Made by a program: the position numbers and the translations under genes
The notes under the pieces: model-generated
What the model was told of the DNA's origin: nothing
Databases searched by the model: none
What the model saw: only the letters and a program-made list of their open reading frames with translations
DNA from: Pontixanthobacter sp.
GTDB lineage: Bacteria > Pseudomonadota > Alphaproteobacteria > Sphingomonadales > Sphingomonadaceae
DNA: 64,000 bases
Assembly (NCBI RefSeq): GCF_049682855.1
Contig: NZ_JBAUIK010000013.1
Location: forward strand, 128,932 to 192,931
Reading direction: 5' to 3'
Shown here: positions 23,129 through 33,031 of the stretch, one piece after another
Position numbering within the stretch: position 1 is the first letter of the stretch
Layout of the letters: every line of letters starts with the position of its first letter

Positions 23129-23625
23129 GCGCCGTCGCGGTCTGTGGCACGCAATGTTAACGAGACTTGCGTCACGATCCGGTCGGCGACCTGGCGCGAA
23201 AGGTTTTCCAGCGCGGTCTGCTCCGCCGCAATAGTGGCATATTCGCTCGACACCACATCGATGCCCGCATCCGATCCAGCAGTCGCATCAAGGATGATGC
23301 TTCCATCACTGATGTCGACCAATTGATACCGCGCGCGTAAAATCCGGCGTTCGCGGGCAATTGTATCATCGCCCAGCACAGCAAGCCCTTCCAGCCGGTC
23401 ATCAAGGCGGACATCGAGTCGATACCTCGTCTCGCCAGAGGTCGCGACACCGATCCGGTCGCGCAGGGCGTTGCGCATCAGCCAGCCCGCCTGTCCGGGG
23501 ATCGGCGCAATATCTATCGCACCCAGCCCCTGCGCAACTGTACCGCTTGGGCCGCCAGAATATAGCGGCTGCAAACCGCATCCAGACAGTATAACCAGGC
23601 TGAGAAAGGCTAGAACGGTGCGCAT
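23125..23625 (-). CDS. lptE: LPS-assembly lipoprotein LptE
   Basis: 166-aa ORF with a lipobox signal (LSLVILSGCGLQPLY). Its start codon shares one base with the leuS stop (TGATG). Confidence 0.7.
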   Translation of the reverse strand: MRTVLAFLSLVILSGCGLQPLYSGGPSGTVAQGLGAIDIAPIPGQAGWLMRNALRDRIGVATSGETRYRLDVRLDDRLEGLAVLGDDTIARERRILRARYQLVDISDGSIILDATAGSDAGIDVVSSEYATIAAEQTALENLSRQVADRIVTQVSLTLRATDRDGA

Positions 23626-26153
23626 CAGGTAACGATATTCACCAATCTGTCTGGAACGACAATCACTTTGCGCACTTCTGCCCCGTCAATCGAGCGGATA
23701 AGTTTCTCACTGCCGAGTGCCAGTGCCTCCATTTCGCCCTTCTGCAGACCTTTGGCCACGGTTAAAGTGTCGCGCAATTTGCCATTATGCTGGACTGCAA
23801 TCGTCACTTCATCATCGATGAGCAACGCCGGATCAGCATCGGGCCATGCAGCCATCGCAATCAGGCCTTCGCCGCCAAGATTGGCCCACGCTTCCTCGGC
23901 CAGATGCGGCATCATCGGGGATGCCATCAGCAGAATCGAACGAATCGCTTCATTCCGGCTCTCGGACGGCGCCGCTTTTTCGGTCGCTCCGGTTAATTCA
24001 TAGAGCCGCGCCACGGCTTTGTTGAAAGACAGTGCTTCAATATCCCCGGCAACCGCCGCAATGGTCTGGTGCGTTTTGCGGTCGAGCGCCTTGTCGCGCC
24101 CCTGTGACGCCGCATCGAACTGACCAAATAAGCGCCACAGGCGGTGGACGAAGCGCGAGCACCCCTCAATACCGGCCTCCGACCACGGAAGATCGCGTTC
24201 CGGCGGGCTATCCGACAACATAAACCAGCGCACAGCATCCGCACCATAATTGGCAATGATGGTATCCGGATCGACGACATTCTTCTTCGATTTGGACATT
24301 TTGATGACGCGGCCAATGTCGACCGGTTGCCCGTCATCTTTCAGAATAGCCCTGTCGCCGCCTCGCTCAACCTCGCCCGGAGTGAAATATGTTTCGCGGC
24401 CATTGTCACGCCGTGAATATGTTTCGTGCGTCACCATGCCTTGCGTGAACAGGCTGGCAAACGGTTCCCTGGCTTCAATCAGGCCAATATGCGACAAGGC
24501 GCGCGTCCAGAACCGCGCATAGAGCAGGTGCAATATCGCATGTTCGATGCCGCCAATATATTGCTCGACCGGCATCCATCTGGCGATTTCTTCTGCATCA
24601 AACGGCTTATCGTCAGGCTGGCTGGCAAAGCGCAGGAAATACCAGCTGGAATCGACAAATGTATCCAGCGTATCGGTTTCCCTCTCCGCCGCGCCGCCGC
24701 AATTGGGGCAGCTGACATGCTTCCACGTTTCGTGGCGCACCAGCGGATTGCCTGGCGTCTGAAAATCGACATCCTCGGGCAATTCAATCGGCAGGCTTTC
24801 TTTCGGTGCAGGCACCACGCCGCATGCGCTGCAATGAACAAAAGGGATCGGTGTGCCCCAATAACGCTGGCGGGAAACACCCCAATCGCGCAGCCGCCAC
24901 ACCGTCTGGCCCTCGCCCCATTGCTCGTCTTCAGCACGGGCGATGATCATCGCTTTCGCCTCATCCACGCTTTTGCCGTTGAGAAAGGCGGAATTGACGA
25001 GAACTCCATCACCGGTCGCAGCTTCTGTAACGGGGGCATCTGCTGCGCTATCATTATCCGCGACAACGCGCCGGATCGGTAAGCCGTATTTGGCCGAAAA
25101 TTCGAAATCACGCTGGTCATGCGCGGGCACGCCCATGACTGCGCCAGTACCGTAATCCATTAGCACGAAATTCGCGATGTAGACGGGCAAAGCGCCGCCA
25201 GTGATTGGGTGGATGGCGTTGAGACCGGTATCAAGCCCAAGCTTCTCGGCCGTTTCCAGCTCGGCTGCAGTCGTTCCGCCCGCTTTGCATGTTTCGATGA
25301 ATGCCTGTGCTTCGGGATTATCTGCCGCGACTGCTTTCGCAATCGGGTGATCTGCAGCAACCGCGACGAAACTTGCGCCAAAAATTGTGTCAGGCCGTGT
25401 GGAATAGACGGCAATCTCCCGATCACCAGTCACGGCAAAACGGAACCGCAGACCTTGCGATTTCCCAATCCAGTTTTCCTGCATCAGGCGGACTTTGTCA
25501 GGCCAGTCTTCCAAGTCGCCAAGGCCGTCCAATAATTCATCGGCAAAGTCGGTAATTTTCAGGAACCATTGCGACAATTTTCGCTTTTCGACCACCGCGC
25601 CGGACCGCCAGCCCTTACCGTCAATCACCTGCTCATTGGCGAGCACGGTGTTATCGACCGGGTCCCAGTTTACTTCGCTTTCTTTGCGGTAGACGAGCCC
25701 GGCATTAAACAGATCGATGAACAATGCTTGCTCGTGACCGTAATATTCCGGATCGCAGGTCGCAAATTCGCGCGTCCAGTCCAGCGCAAAGCCGATCCGC
25801 TTCAATTGCGCTTTCATATTGGCAATATTGTCCCGCGTCCAACCGCCGGGATGGACGTTATTTTCCATCGCGGCATTTTCTGCCGGCATCCCGAACGCAT
25901 CCCAGCCCATTGGATGCAGTACCTCATGCCCGCGCATTTTCTTATAGCGCGCCAGCACGTCGCCCATCGTGTAATTGCGGACATGCCCGATATGGATCCG
26001 CCCCGACGGATAGGGGAACATTTCCAATACGTAGCTTTTCGGCTTCGGGCTGCCCGAATCGGCCACAAAGCATCCGGCCTCGTCCCACGCCCGTTGCCAG
26101 CGCGTGTCAGCCCGCCCTGGCTCAAAGCGGGCATTGAAACCAGTATCACTCAT
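23625..26153 (-). CDS. leuS: Leucine--tRNA ligase
   Basis: 842-aa ORF with the HIGH motif ([11 protein letters not shown]) and the KMSKS motif (KMSKSKKN). The CP1 editing region is also present. Confidence 0.97.
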   Translation of the reverse strand: MSDTGFNARFEPGRADTRWQRAWDEAGCFVADSGSPKPKSYVLEMFPYPSGRIHIGHVRNYTMGDVLARYKKMRGHEVLHPMGWDAFGMPAENAAMENNVHPGGWTRDNIANMKAQLKRIGFALDWTREFATCDPEYYGHEQALFIDLFNAGLVYRKESEVNWDPVDNTVLANEQVIDGKGWRSGAVVEKRKLSQWFLKITDFADELLDGLGDLEDWPDKVRLMQENWIGKSQGLRFRFAVTGDREIAVYSTRPDTIFGASFVAVAADHPIAKAVAADNPEAQAFIETCKAGGTTAAELETAEKLGLDTGLNAIHPITGGALPVYIANFVLMDYGTGAVMGVPAHDQRDFEFSAKYGLPIRRVVADNDSAADAPVTEAATGDGVLVNSAFLNGKSVDEAKAMIIARAEDEQWGEGQTVWRLRDWGVSRQRYWGTPIPFVHCSACGVVPAPKESLPIELPEDVDFQTPGNPLVRHETWKHVSCPNCGGAAERETDTLDTFVDSSWYFLRFASQPDDKPFDAEEIARWMPVEQYIGGIEHAILHLLYARFWTRALSHIGLIEAREPFASLFTQGMVTHETYSRRDNGRETYFTPGEVERGGDRAILKDDGQPVDIGRVIKMSKSKKNVVDPDTIIANYGADAVRWFMLSDSPPERDLPWSEAGIEGCSRFVHRLWRLFGQFDAASQGRDKALDRKTHQTIAAVAGDIEALSFNKAVARLYELTGATEKAAPSESRNEAIRSILLMASPMMPHLAEEAWANLGGEGLIAMAAWPDADPALLIDDEVTIAVQHNGKLRDTLTVAKGLQKGEMEALALGSEKLIRSIDGAEVRKVIVVPDRLVNIVT

Positions 26154-26170
26154 GATCGGGCCTATCGGAA

Positions 26171-26213
26171 AATCAGAAAAAATAACGCGCCAGATACCGG
26201 CACCCGGTCAGGC
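26171..26213 (-). terminator. Intrinsic-terminator-like hairpin plus T-run between the DUF3576 gene and leuS
   Basis: On the minus strand the structure is GCC..ACCGG-gtg-CCGGT..GGC (26189-26213), followed after 3 nt by TTATTTTTTCTGATTTT. It lies 9 nt after the stop at 26222 and ends about 20 nt before the leuS ATG. Confidence 0.45.
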
Positions 26214-26221
26214 AAAGCGGT

Positions 26222-26671
26222 TTAGCTGGACAGTGACTGGCGGCGGAGTTCGCGTGCTTTGGTCAGGATGATTCCTTCCAGTTTCTGGACCGTTGCAGCC
26301 TGTACCGGCGCATCGACCCAGCCGCCGCCCTGAGCCACTTGGCGGCTCGCGGCGACCCGCAACGCATCAGCCCGCAAATCCTGATCGAGAATGGTTACGG
26401 TCATTTTCACACGTTCGCCCGGATTGGTCGGGTTGGCGTACCAGGCGGTGACAATTACGCCTCCTGCACTATCCGCCTGAAGAAGGGGCGCAAAGCTGAC
26501 CGTGTCGAGCGATGCCCGCCAGAGGTAGGAATTGACGCCGATGGTGGTGACCTGCGCTGCGGCGAGATCAGAGGTAGGGCGGTCACTGCCCCCGCAGCCA
26601 GCCAGCATCGACACAGCAGCGGTGCCAATCAGCAACCGGGAAAGTGAATTTGGGGTCGCACGTAGAGTCAT
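26222..26671 (-). CDS. DUF3576-like lipoprotein
   Basis: 149-aa ORF with the lipobox LAGCGG. The position next to leuS and the motif IVTAWYANPTNPGERVKMTVTILD match my recollection of DUF3576 proteins. Confidence 0.55.
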   Translation of the reverse strand: MTLRATPNSLSRLLIGTAAVSMLAGCGGSDRPTSDLAAAQVTTIGVNSYLWRASLDTVSFAPLLQADSAGGVIVTAWYANPTNPGERVKMTVTILDQDLRADALRVAASRQVAQGGGWVDAPVQAATVQKLEGIILTKARELRRQSLSS

Positions 26672-27053
26672 AATCGTTCCAGATCGCTTTATTCTTCATG
26701 TCCGGCATAGTGGCCTGGCATTGGCCCGCCTGTTGCTACTCGGTTATCTCTATAGCCAGACACAGCAAAGCAGCAAGCCATAGCACGCCATCGGCCGTGA
26801 ATGACTGCTTAATTGCATGCTGATGTCGATGTGAACATCCACATTTTCGCTGCCTCCCGTGGTGGGTATCTGTGGGAACAGTGCAACAGTCGCGTGCCGT
26901 AACGGCGGCATGATGTGGAAAAGCTGGTCAAGCGGGGTTCACAATCGTACATCAGTGATCGGCGGTCAAAAAATGGTCAGTGACTGTTCATGCAGATTAC
27001 GCTTCAATGCACAGTAAGACAATCGGCGCAAACAAAGGCAAGACAGAGTATCG

Positions 27054-27842
27054 ATGGTAAATCCGGCCCGTCTTACAAATAAGCGAAAAGTGGTAACCGC
27101 GCTGGGCGCGGCAATTGCGGTTGCCTTCGCTCTGCCGAGCGCAGGTCTTGCCTTGGGCGGCAATGCTCTGTCCCTGATGCCGCCGGAAATTACGGGTCTG
27201 GGAACATTTACGCCTGCCGGTGTGGATCCACTGCTTGCCCAACGGGTGCAGAAAACAATGCGGGATAAAGGTCTGAATTTGGGCTTTACTCCTGCAAAAT
27301 CGGTTAGTGCGGGCAATCGTACTGTCACTGTCGCGATCCGCATCGATGATGAAACGGCTCAAGCGATCTCTGTGCGGCCTGCTGTGTCTTCTGCTCGCGG
27401 TAATGCAGTACCGCGCGCAATAGCGGTTGCACCGACCCGGTATAATCTGGGTGTGGCGCGCGGCTATCAAGGGTTCACGACCCAATTGGGCGGGCCGGAC
27501 AAACCATCGATGTCAGGCGCAATACGCTCCTCCGCAATCGGTGATATATCGATGCCCGATTTGTCCGATTTCAAACCGGTAACCGGAACAGCAGAACGCA
27601 AACCAAACCGCTTCCAGCCGCGAATCGCGTTGGAGGCGGAAGAAAAAACCGGCCGTGCCCCGCGCACTTTGGATGCTTTGGGCGAACAATCGGTTGATGT
27701 TGGCGGTGCATATCGAGTGACTAAGAACCTGGATGTCACAGCAGGTGTGCGTTTGTCGCAGGATCGCGACCGGCTGGACCCGTTGACCGATTCGGTCCAG
27801 GATAGCCAGGCGGTTTACGTCGGAACGCAGTTCCGCTTCTAA
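27054..27842 (+). CDS. Hypothetical exported protein with an OMP-like C-terminus
   Basis: 262-aa ORF with a signal peptide (VVTALGAAIAVAFALPSAGLA). The C-terminal beta-strand-like segments end in aromatic residues (...AVYVGTQFRF). I recognised no family. Confidence 0.6.
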   Translation: MVNPARLTNKRKVVTALGAAIAVAFALPSAGLALGGNALSLMPPEITGLGTFTPAGVDPLLAQRVQKTMRDKGLNLGFTPAKSVSAGNRTVTVAIRIDDETAQAISVRPAVSSARGNAVPRAIAVAPTRYNLGVARGYQGFTTQLGGPDKPSMSGAIRSSAIGDISMPDLSDFKPVTGTAERKPNRFQPRIALEAEEKTGRAPRTLDALGEQSVDVGGAYRVTKNLDVTAGVRLSQDRDRLDPLTDSVQDSQAVYVGTQFRF

Positions 27843-27998
27843 AACGCTGGCAATTACACCTTATTCTTGCCCTGCTCTTAAATTCGTAGCCACATAAATA
27901 GGTATGAGCCGGCTCGCTGGATTCACGGCAAGACTTCCCGCCTCACTCGCAATGCCGTAAGGGAACTGCCGGTATGCAGTAATTGAAGCGAGGATTTT

Positions 27999-28721
27999 AT
28001 GACACGGGTAGCAATTGTTACAGGCGGCACGCGCGGGATCGGGCGCGCAGTGTGCGAACATTTGAAGGATGACGGTTTCACTGTTGTGGCCAATTATGGC
28101 GGCAATGATGAAAAAGCCCGCGCTTTCACTGCCGAAACCGGCATCGTCGCTTACAAATGGGATGTTGGCGATCATGATGCATGCCTCGCCGGATGCGCGG
28201 CAGTGACCGAAGAGATCGGCCCGGTCGATGTCGTCGTCAATAATGCCGGTATCACGCGCGATGGGACCATGCACCGGATGAGCTTTGACGACTGGAACGA
28301 GGTGATGCGGATCAATCTGGGCGGATGCTTCAACATGGCGAAGGCCTGCTTTGGCGGGATGCGTGACCGCAAATGGGGCCGGATTGTCAATATCGGTTCA
28401 ATCAACGGTCAGGCCGGTCAATACGGCCAAGTAAATTATGCCGCCGCCAAATCGGGCATTCACGGCTTTACCAAGGCGCTCGCACAGGAAGGCGCGAAAT
28501 TCGGTGTGACGGTAAATGCTATCGCGCCAGGTTATATCGATACGGATATGGTCGCTGCTGTCCCCGAAGAAGTGCTCGAGAAGATCGTTGCGAAGATCCC
28601 TGTCGGCCGTCTGGGTCAGGCTAGCGAAATCGCCCGTAGCGTAGCCTTCTTATGTTCGGAAGATGCCGGTTTTGTGACCGGTTCAACCATGAGCATTAAT
28701 GGCGGACAGCACATGTATTAA
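27999..28721 (+). CDS. phbB: Acetoacetyl-CoA reductase (SDR family)
   Basis: 240-aa ORF with the motifs TGGTRGIG, NNAG and the catalytic YAAAKSG. The length and N-terminus (MTRVAIVTGG) are typical of PhaB. Confidence 0.85.
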   Translation: MTRVAIVTGGTRGIGRAVCEHLKDDGFTVVANYGGNDEKARAFTAETGIVAYKWDVGDHDACLAGCAAVTEEIGPVDVVVNNAGITRDGTMHRMSFDDWNEVMRINLGGCFNMAKACFGGMRDRKWGRIVNIGSINGQAGQYGQVNYAAAKSGIHGFTKALAQEGAKFGVTVNAIAPGYIDTDMVAAVPEEVLEKIVAKIPVGRLGQASEIARSVAFLCSEDAGFVTGSTMSINGGQHMY

Positions 28722-28731
28722 GACGCAGCTG

Positions 28732-28989
28732 ATGCCTGACAGCGATCCGCCAACCACACCGCCCTATCACCCGCCGGTGAAACGCTCGGTACAGATTGCG
28801 CGGCACAAAACCTCGATCAGTCTGGAGCCTGTGTTTTGGGATATGCTCAAGAATGCGGCTGAAACACAGGGTGTGCCGATTAACGCACTCGTCGCGCGCA
28901 TCGATGCAGAACGGATCAAGGCCGACACTCCGCCGGGCCTTGCCAGCGCGATCCGGGTGTGGTTGGTGGACCGGCTCGGTCAGTTTTAA
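28732..28989 (+). CDS. Ribbon-helix-helix domain protein (RHH_4-like)
   Basis: 85-aa ORF counted from the ATG at 28732. The motif [42 protein letters not shown] resembles the PF13467-type RHH family. Confidence 0.55.
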   Translation: MPDSDPPTTPPYHPPVKRSVQIARHKTSISLEPVFWDMLKNAAETQGVPINALVARIDAERIKADTPPGLASAIRVWLVDRLGQF

Positions 28990-30269
28990 TCGTCACCCAC
29001 GCGCTCGACATCAGCACCGGCCAGCTGCAGCTTTTCCTCCAGCCTCTCATAGCCACGATCCAGGTGATACAGGCGGCGCACTTGTGTCTCACCCTCTGCA
29101 GCCAGTCCCGCTATCACCAGACTCATTGAGGCGCGCAAATCGGTCGCCATCACTTCTGCCCCGGTCAGCTTTTGCACCCCGCGCACTATCGCGGTGCGGC
29201 CATTGGTTTCGATATTTGCGCTCATCCGGTTCAGTTCCGGCACGTGCATGAAACGGTTTTCGAAAATCGTTTCGTTGAGCACGCTGGTGCCCTCTGCCTT
29301 GCACAGCAAAGCCATCAATTGCGCCTGCATATCGGTGGCGAGGCCGGGAAAGGGTGCCGTAGTGAGATCGGTGGCTTTCAGCGGGCCATTGGCAGCGACA
29401 GTCACGCCGTGTTTATCGCTCTCCACCTCCACACCGATCGACCGTAGCGCCTGCAAGGTTGAGCTCATATCATCTGCATTCGCGCCTTCCAGCCGTACCT
29501 CACCCCCGGTGATGGCTGCGGCACATGCATAAGAGCCGGCCTCTATCCGGTCGGCCATCACTTTATAGGTTGCCCCGTTCAGTGTCTTCACCCCGTGAAT
29601 GATTACGTCCGAGCTACCGATATTTTCGATCTCTGCACCCATCGCGACAAGCAAATTGCACAGATCGACAATCTCCGGCTCGCGCGCCGCATTGGTCAGC
29701 CGCGTTGTCCCATTGGCCAAGGCGGCGGTCATCAGCGCATTCTCTGTCGCCCCCACTGACACGACCGGGAACGTAAAATCACCGCCGGTCAAACCGCCGT
29801 CCGGGGCGCGGGCACGGACATAGCCAGCTGCCAGTTCGATCTCAGCTCCGATCGCTTCGAGCACTTTCAAATGCAGATCAATCGGCCGGTTTCCAATCGC
29901 GCAGCCTCCTGGCAGCGACACTGTCGCCTCTCCCGCCCGCGCCAGCATCGGGCCGAGCACCAATATTGAGGCGCGCATTTTACGGACTAGATCATATGGC
30001 GCGACAGTCGAGGTCAGCCGGGCTGCTTCATAGGTGACCACCCGGCCAAATTCCTCCGGCCGGTTGCCGCGAATGCCAGTGGACACACCGAATTGCGTCA
30101 TCAAATGCTGGAATCCGTCAATATCGGCCAAACGCGGCAAATTGCGCAATGTCAGCGGTTCTTCGGTCAACAACGCACACGGTATCAATGTCAGCGCAGA
30201 GTTTTTCGCGCCGGAGATGGGGATACTGCCCGATAGGCGTTTTCCGCCGTGAATTACGATTTTATCCAT
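28986..30269 (-). CDS. murA: UDP-N-acetylglucosamine 1-carboxyvinyltransferase
   Basis: 427-aa ORF with the catalytic Cys loop [15 protein letters not shown]. The N-terminus is [26 protein letters not shown]. Confidence 0.95.
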   Translation of the reverse strand: MDKIVIHGGKRLSGSIPISGAKNSALTLIPCALLTEEPLTLRNLPRLADIDGFQHLMTQFGVSTGIRGNRPEEFGRVVTYEAARLTSTVAPYDLVRKMRASILVLGPMLARAGEATVSLPGGCAIGNRPIDLHLKVLEAIGAEIELAAGYVRARAPDGGLTGGDFTFPVVSVGATENALMTAALANGTTRLTNAAREPEIVDLCNLLVAMGAEIENIGSSDVIIHGVKTLNGATYKVMADRIEAGSYACAAAITGGEVRLEGANADDMSSTLQALRSIGVEVESDKHGVTVAANGPLKATDLTTAPFPGLATDMQAQLMALLCKAEGTSVLNETIFENRFMHVPELNRMSANIETNGRTAIVRGVQKLTGAEVMATDLRASMSLVIAGLAAEGETQVRRLYHLDRGYERLEEKLQLAGADVERVGDD

Positions 30270-30384
30270 CGCGGTGGTTTAGCCAGAATCGCGGTCAGGG
30301 CAATACCAACCCTGCAGGTAACCCAATCGAAATAGGTTTGCGGCAGTTGACCGGATGGCAATCCGCGCTTTAACCAGGGATCCC

Positions 30385-31290
30385 ATGACCCAACACACAC
30401 CCACACAGCATAAACCCATCAAGAAAGCCGTCTTTCCCGTTGCGGGGCTTGGCACGCGTTTTCTGCCCGCGACCAAAGCGATCCCCAAGGAATTGCTGCC
30501 CATCGTGGACCGCCCGCTGATCCAATATGCGGTGGACGAAGCGCGCGAGGCGGGGATTGAGCAGATCATCTTCGTCACGGGCCGGGGCAAGACCGCGATT
30601 GTCGAACATTTCGACGTCGCGTTCGAACTCGAAGCCACAATGAACGAGCGGGACAAGGATATGTCAGTGCTCGATCCGACCCGCGCCACGCCGGGCGATA
30701 TCATTACCGTGCGCCAGCAAGTGCCGCTCGGCCTTGGCCATGCGATCTGGTGCGCCCGCGCGATTGTGGGCGATGAACCGTTCGCGATTCTGCTGCCCGA
30801 TGAATTGATGGTCGCCCAGAAAGGCGGCGGAACGGGCTGCATGAAGCAAATGGTCGACGCCTATAATGAGGTTGGCGGCAATTTGATCAGCGTGCTGGAA
30901 GTGCCGCATGAGGAAGTCAGCAGTTACGGCGTAATTGATCCGGGCAAAGCGTCAGGCTCGCTCACCGAAGTGAAGGGCCTCGTTGAAAAACCGCCTGTGG
31001 ATCAGGCCCCGTCCAACAAGATCGTATCGGGCCGCTATATTCTGCAACCAGAAGTGATGCGGACACTGGAAACCCAGGGCAAGGGCGCAGGCGGAGAGAT
31101 CCAGCTGACCGATGCGATGGCCAAAATGATCGGCACCCAGCCGTTCAACGCCGTCACATTCCAGGGCCGCCGCTTCGATTGCGGCAGCAAGCTGGGCTTT
31201 GTCGAGGCGACGTTGGCGCTCGCACTGGAGCGCGGTGATATGGGCGCCGACGTCCGCGCAATGGCGCAGCGGCTGTTGGACGCTGAGTAG
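30385..31290 (+). CDS. galU: UTP--glucose-1-phosphate uridylyltransferase
   Basis: The motifs KAVFPVAGLGTRFLPATKAIPKELLP and VEKP are present. The ATG at 30385 is preceded by AGGGA. The track ORF starts 30 nt earlier. Confidence 0.9.
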   Translation: MTQHTPTQHKPIKKAVFPVAGLGTRFLPATKAIPKELLPIVDRPLIQYAVDEAREAGIEQIIFVTGRGKTAIVEHFDVAFELEATMNERDKDMSVLDPTRATPGDIITVRQQVPLGLGHAIWCARAIVGDEPFAILLPDELMVAQKGGGTGCMKQMVDAYNEVGGNLISVLEVPHEEVSSYGVIDPGKASGSLTEVKGLVEKPPVDQAPSNKIVSGRYILQPEVMRTLETQGKGAGGEIQLTDAMAKMIGTQPFNAVTFQGRRFDCGSKLGFVEATLALALERGDMGADVRAMAQRLLDAE

Positions 31291-31353
31291 GAAAGGGACG
31301 GTCAGGCGGTTTTTTGACGCTGCGACATTTGCCATTTTCCACCGTATTTTCAG

Positions 31354-31362
31354 TGATATAAT
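31354..31362 (+). promoter_or_regulatory. Orphan extended -10 promoter element (TGATATAAT) in a gene-free spacer
   Basis: This is a perfect TGnTATAAT read from the sequence. No plus-strand gene follows it. See the finding on 31316-31740. Confidence 0.3.
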
Positions 31363-31720
31363 GGCGAATGGCCGCATTACGCTGTGACCTTTACCGTGGG
31401 CATATGTGACCTTAGGCGGCTTGCGACAGCCCGTTGCGCAAGCAGACAGGGTAAGACCGGCAATGAGAAAGAGCGCCGCCATGTTAGCGCAGCTTCACAT
31501 TGTAGGAAATATGCCGATACTGCCGCGAGGGAAGGTTTGGATTATAGCCGAGCGCAGCATCAGTCCGGCACCCGGCTGTGGCGGTCAGTGCCTGTTGATC
31601 CGGCAAAATATGGTGTGAAGCGAGTGGTCGCAGCACGCGCCGAGCAGCGCCGCTGGAGCCGCCGACACGCAGCACGGGCCCGCCGGATGATGATGCCGGT
31701 TGCTGCTCGTAACGGGCCGT

Positions 31721-33028
31721 TTACGAGGGCGTTATTTTCAAGGGCAACGTCTTCAGCCCGCCGACAAAGGTTGATTTTGACCGCGCTGGTTCACCCGCCA
31801 GTTCAATCGCGGCAATCCGGTCGAGCAGAACGTCGAACAATATGCGCATTTCCAGCCGCGCCAGATGCAGGCCGAGGCATTGATGCCCGCCCGCGCCAAA
31901 CGCCAAATGCCGGTTGGGGGATCGGGCCGCATCGAAAGTGCGCGGATCGCTGAAATGCGATGGATCATGATTGGCCGCGACATAATTGATCATCAGCCAG
32001 TCGCCCTTCGCAATCCGCTGCCCGCCAATCTCCACATCCTGTGCCGCAGTGCGCATGAAATGCTGCACGGGGCTGGTCCAGCGGATCGCTTCCTCGACAA
32101 TCCCGGCGAGCAATGACCGGTCCGCCTTTACCCGCGCGAACTGCTCCGGATCGCGCGCCAGAGCCAGCATCGCGCCCGCTGTCGAGGCGGAGGTGGTGTC
32201 ATGCCCGGCCGCTGCCAGAATGATGTAATAGCCCATCATATCGCGGTCATTCAGCGGCTGGCCGTCAACGGTGGCATTGGCGATAGTGCTGGCGACATCG
32301 CCGGTGGGGCGCGCGCGTTTTTCTGCGGTGATCGCCGCAAAATAGGCTTCAAAATCCTTGACCGCACCGGCGACCAGTTGAGTGATCTGCTCCGCCGTCA
32401 TATCTTTCATGCCTGACTGGTTGAGATCTTCATCCTGCCCGCCAAACATTTGCTGGGTCAGCATCAGCATGCGCGGCTCGTCTTCTTCCGGCACGCCCAT
32501 GATCTGCATCACCACATGCAGCGGATAGGGGGCCGACACCAGCGGTACGAAATCCACCTCGGCCGCGTTGTTCTGTACCGCATCAATCAGCCGCCCGACT
32601 GTGGCCTGTGCCAATGCGCGGATCGCATCCTCCACCGAACGCAGGCTCTTGGGCATGAACCATTCCTGCGTCAGCTTGCGGTATTTCATGTGGATCGGCG
32701 CGTCGAATGTGACCAGGCTGGCGACCATATGCGGGCTGCCGCCAGTCATCTGCCTGGCAAATTCGATCCCCTCGGCAAGTGAAAATACCACCGCGCGCGG
32801 ATTGTTGAGGAAGGTCTGATTATCCTTCGAAATCCGCATCACATCATCATAGCCGGTGACCAGCCAGAACGGATCGAACACGCCGTCTGTATCGGGCAGA
32901 ACCTTCACCACCGGCGCCGCGGCACGAATATGGTCGAACGTGTCGAGCAGAGTGTCCCAATCGGCATAGGCGGCCGGGTCTGTCACCGCGCGGGCCAGAT
33001 CACCCTGAATGGTGGGAACATCACGCAT
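31721..33028 (-). CDS. Cytochrome P450, CYP108 (P450terp)-like
   Basis: 435-aa ORF with the heme-binding loop FGAGGHQCLGLHLARLE and the I-helix AAAGHDTTS. Similarity to P450terp as I recall it runs along the length (PLHVVMQIMGVPEEDEPRMLMLTQ, IRWTSPVQHFMRTA). Confidence 0.85.
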   Translation of the reverse strand: MRDVPTIQGDLARAVTDPAAYADWDTLLDTFDHIRAAAPVVKVLPDTDGVFDPFWLVTGYDDVMRISKDNQTFLNNPRAVVFSLAEGIEFARQMTGGSPHMVASLVTFDAPIHMKYRKLTQEWFMPKSLRSVEDAIRALAQATVGRLIDAVQNNAAEVDFVPLVSAPYPLHVVMQIMGVPEEDEPRMLMLTQQMFGGQDEDLNQSGMKDMTAEQITQLVAGAVKDFEAYFAAITAEKRARPTGDVASTIANATVDGQPLNDRDMMGYYIILAAAGHDTTSASTAGAMLALARDPEQFARVKADRSLLAGIVEEAIRWTSPVQHFMRTAAQDVEIGGQRIAKGDWLMINYVAANHDPSHFSDPRTFDAARSPNRHLAFGAGGHQCLGLHLARLEMRILFDVLLDRIAAIELAGEPARSKSTFVGGLKTLPLKITPS

Positions 33029-33031
33029 TGG

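Noticed and set aside
30952-31482. 176-aa minus-strand ORF starting with a convincing lipoprotein signal (MAALFLIAGLTLSAC)
   Set aside because: It has no Shine-Dalgarno. The frame runs through the galU terminator and 340 nt antisense into galU, and the translation there looks like junk. At best it is a decayed remnant.
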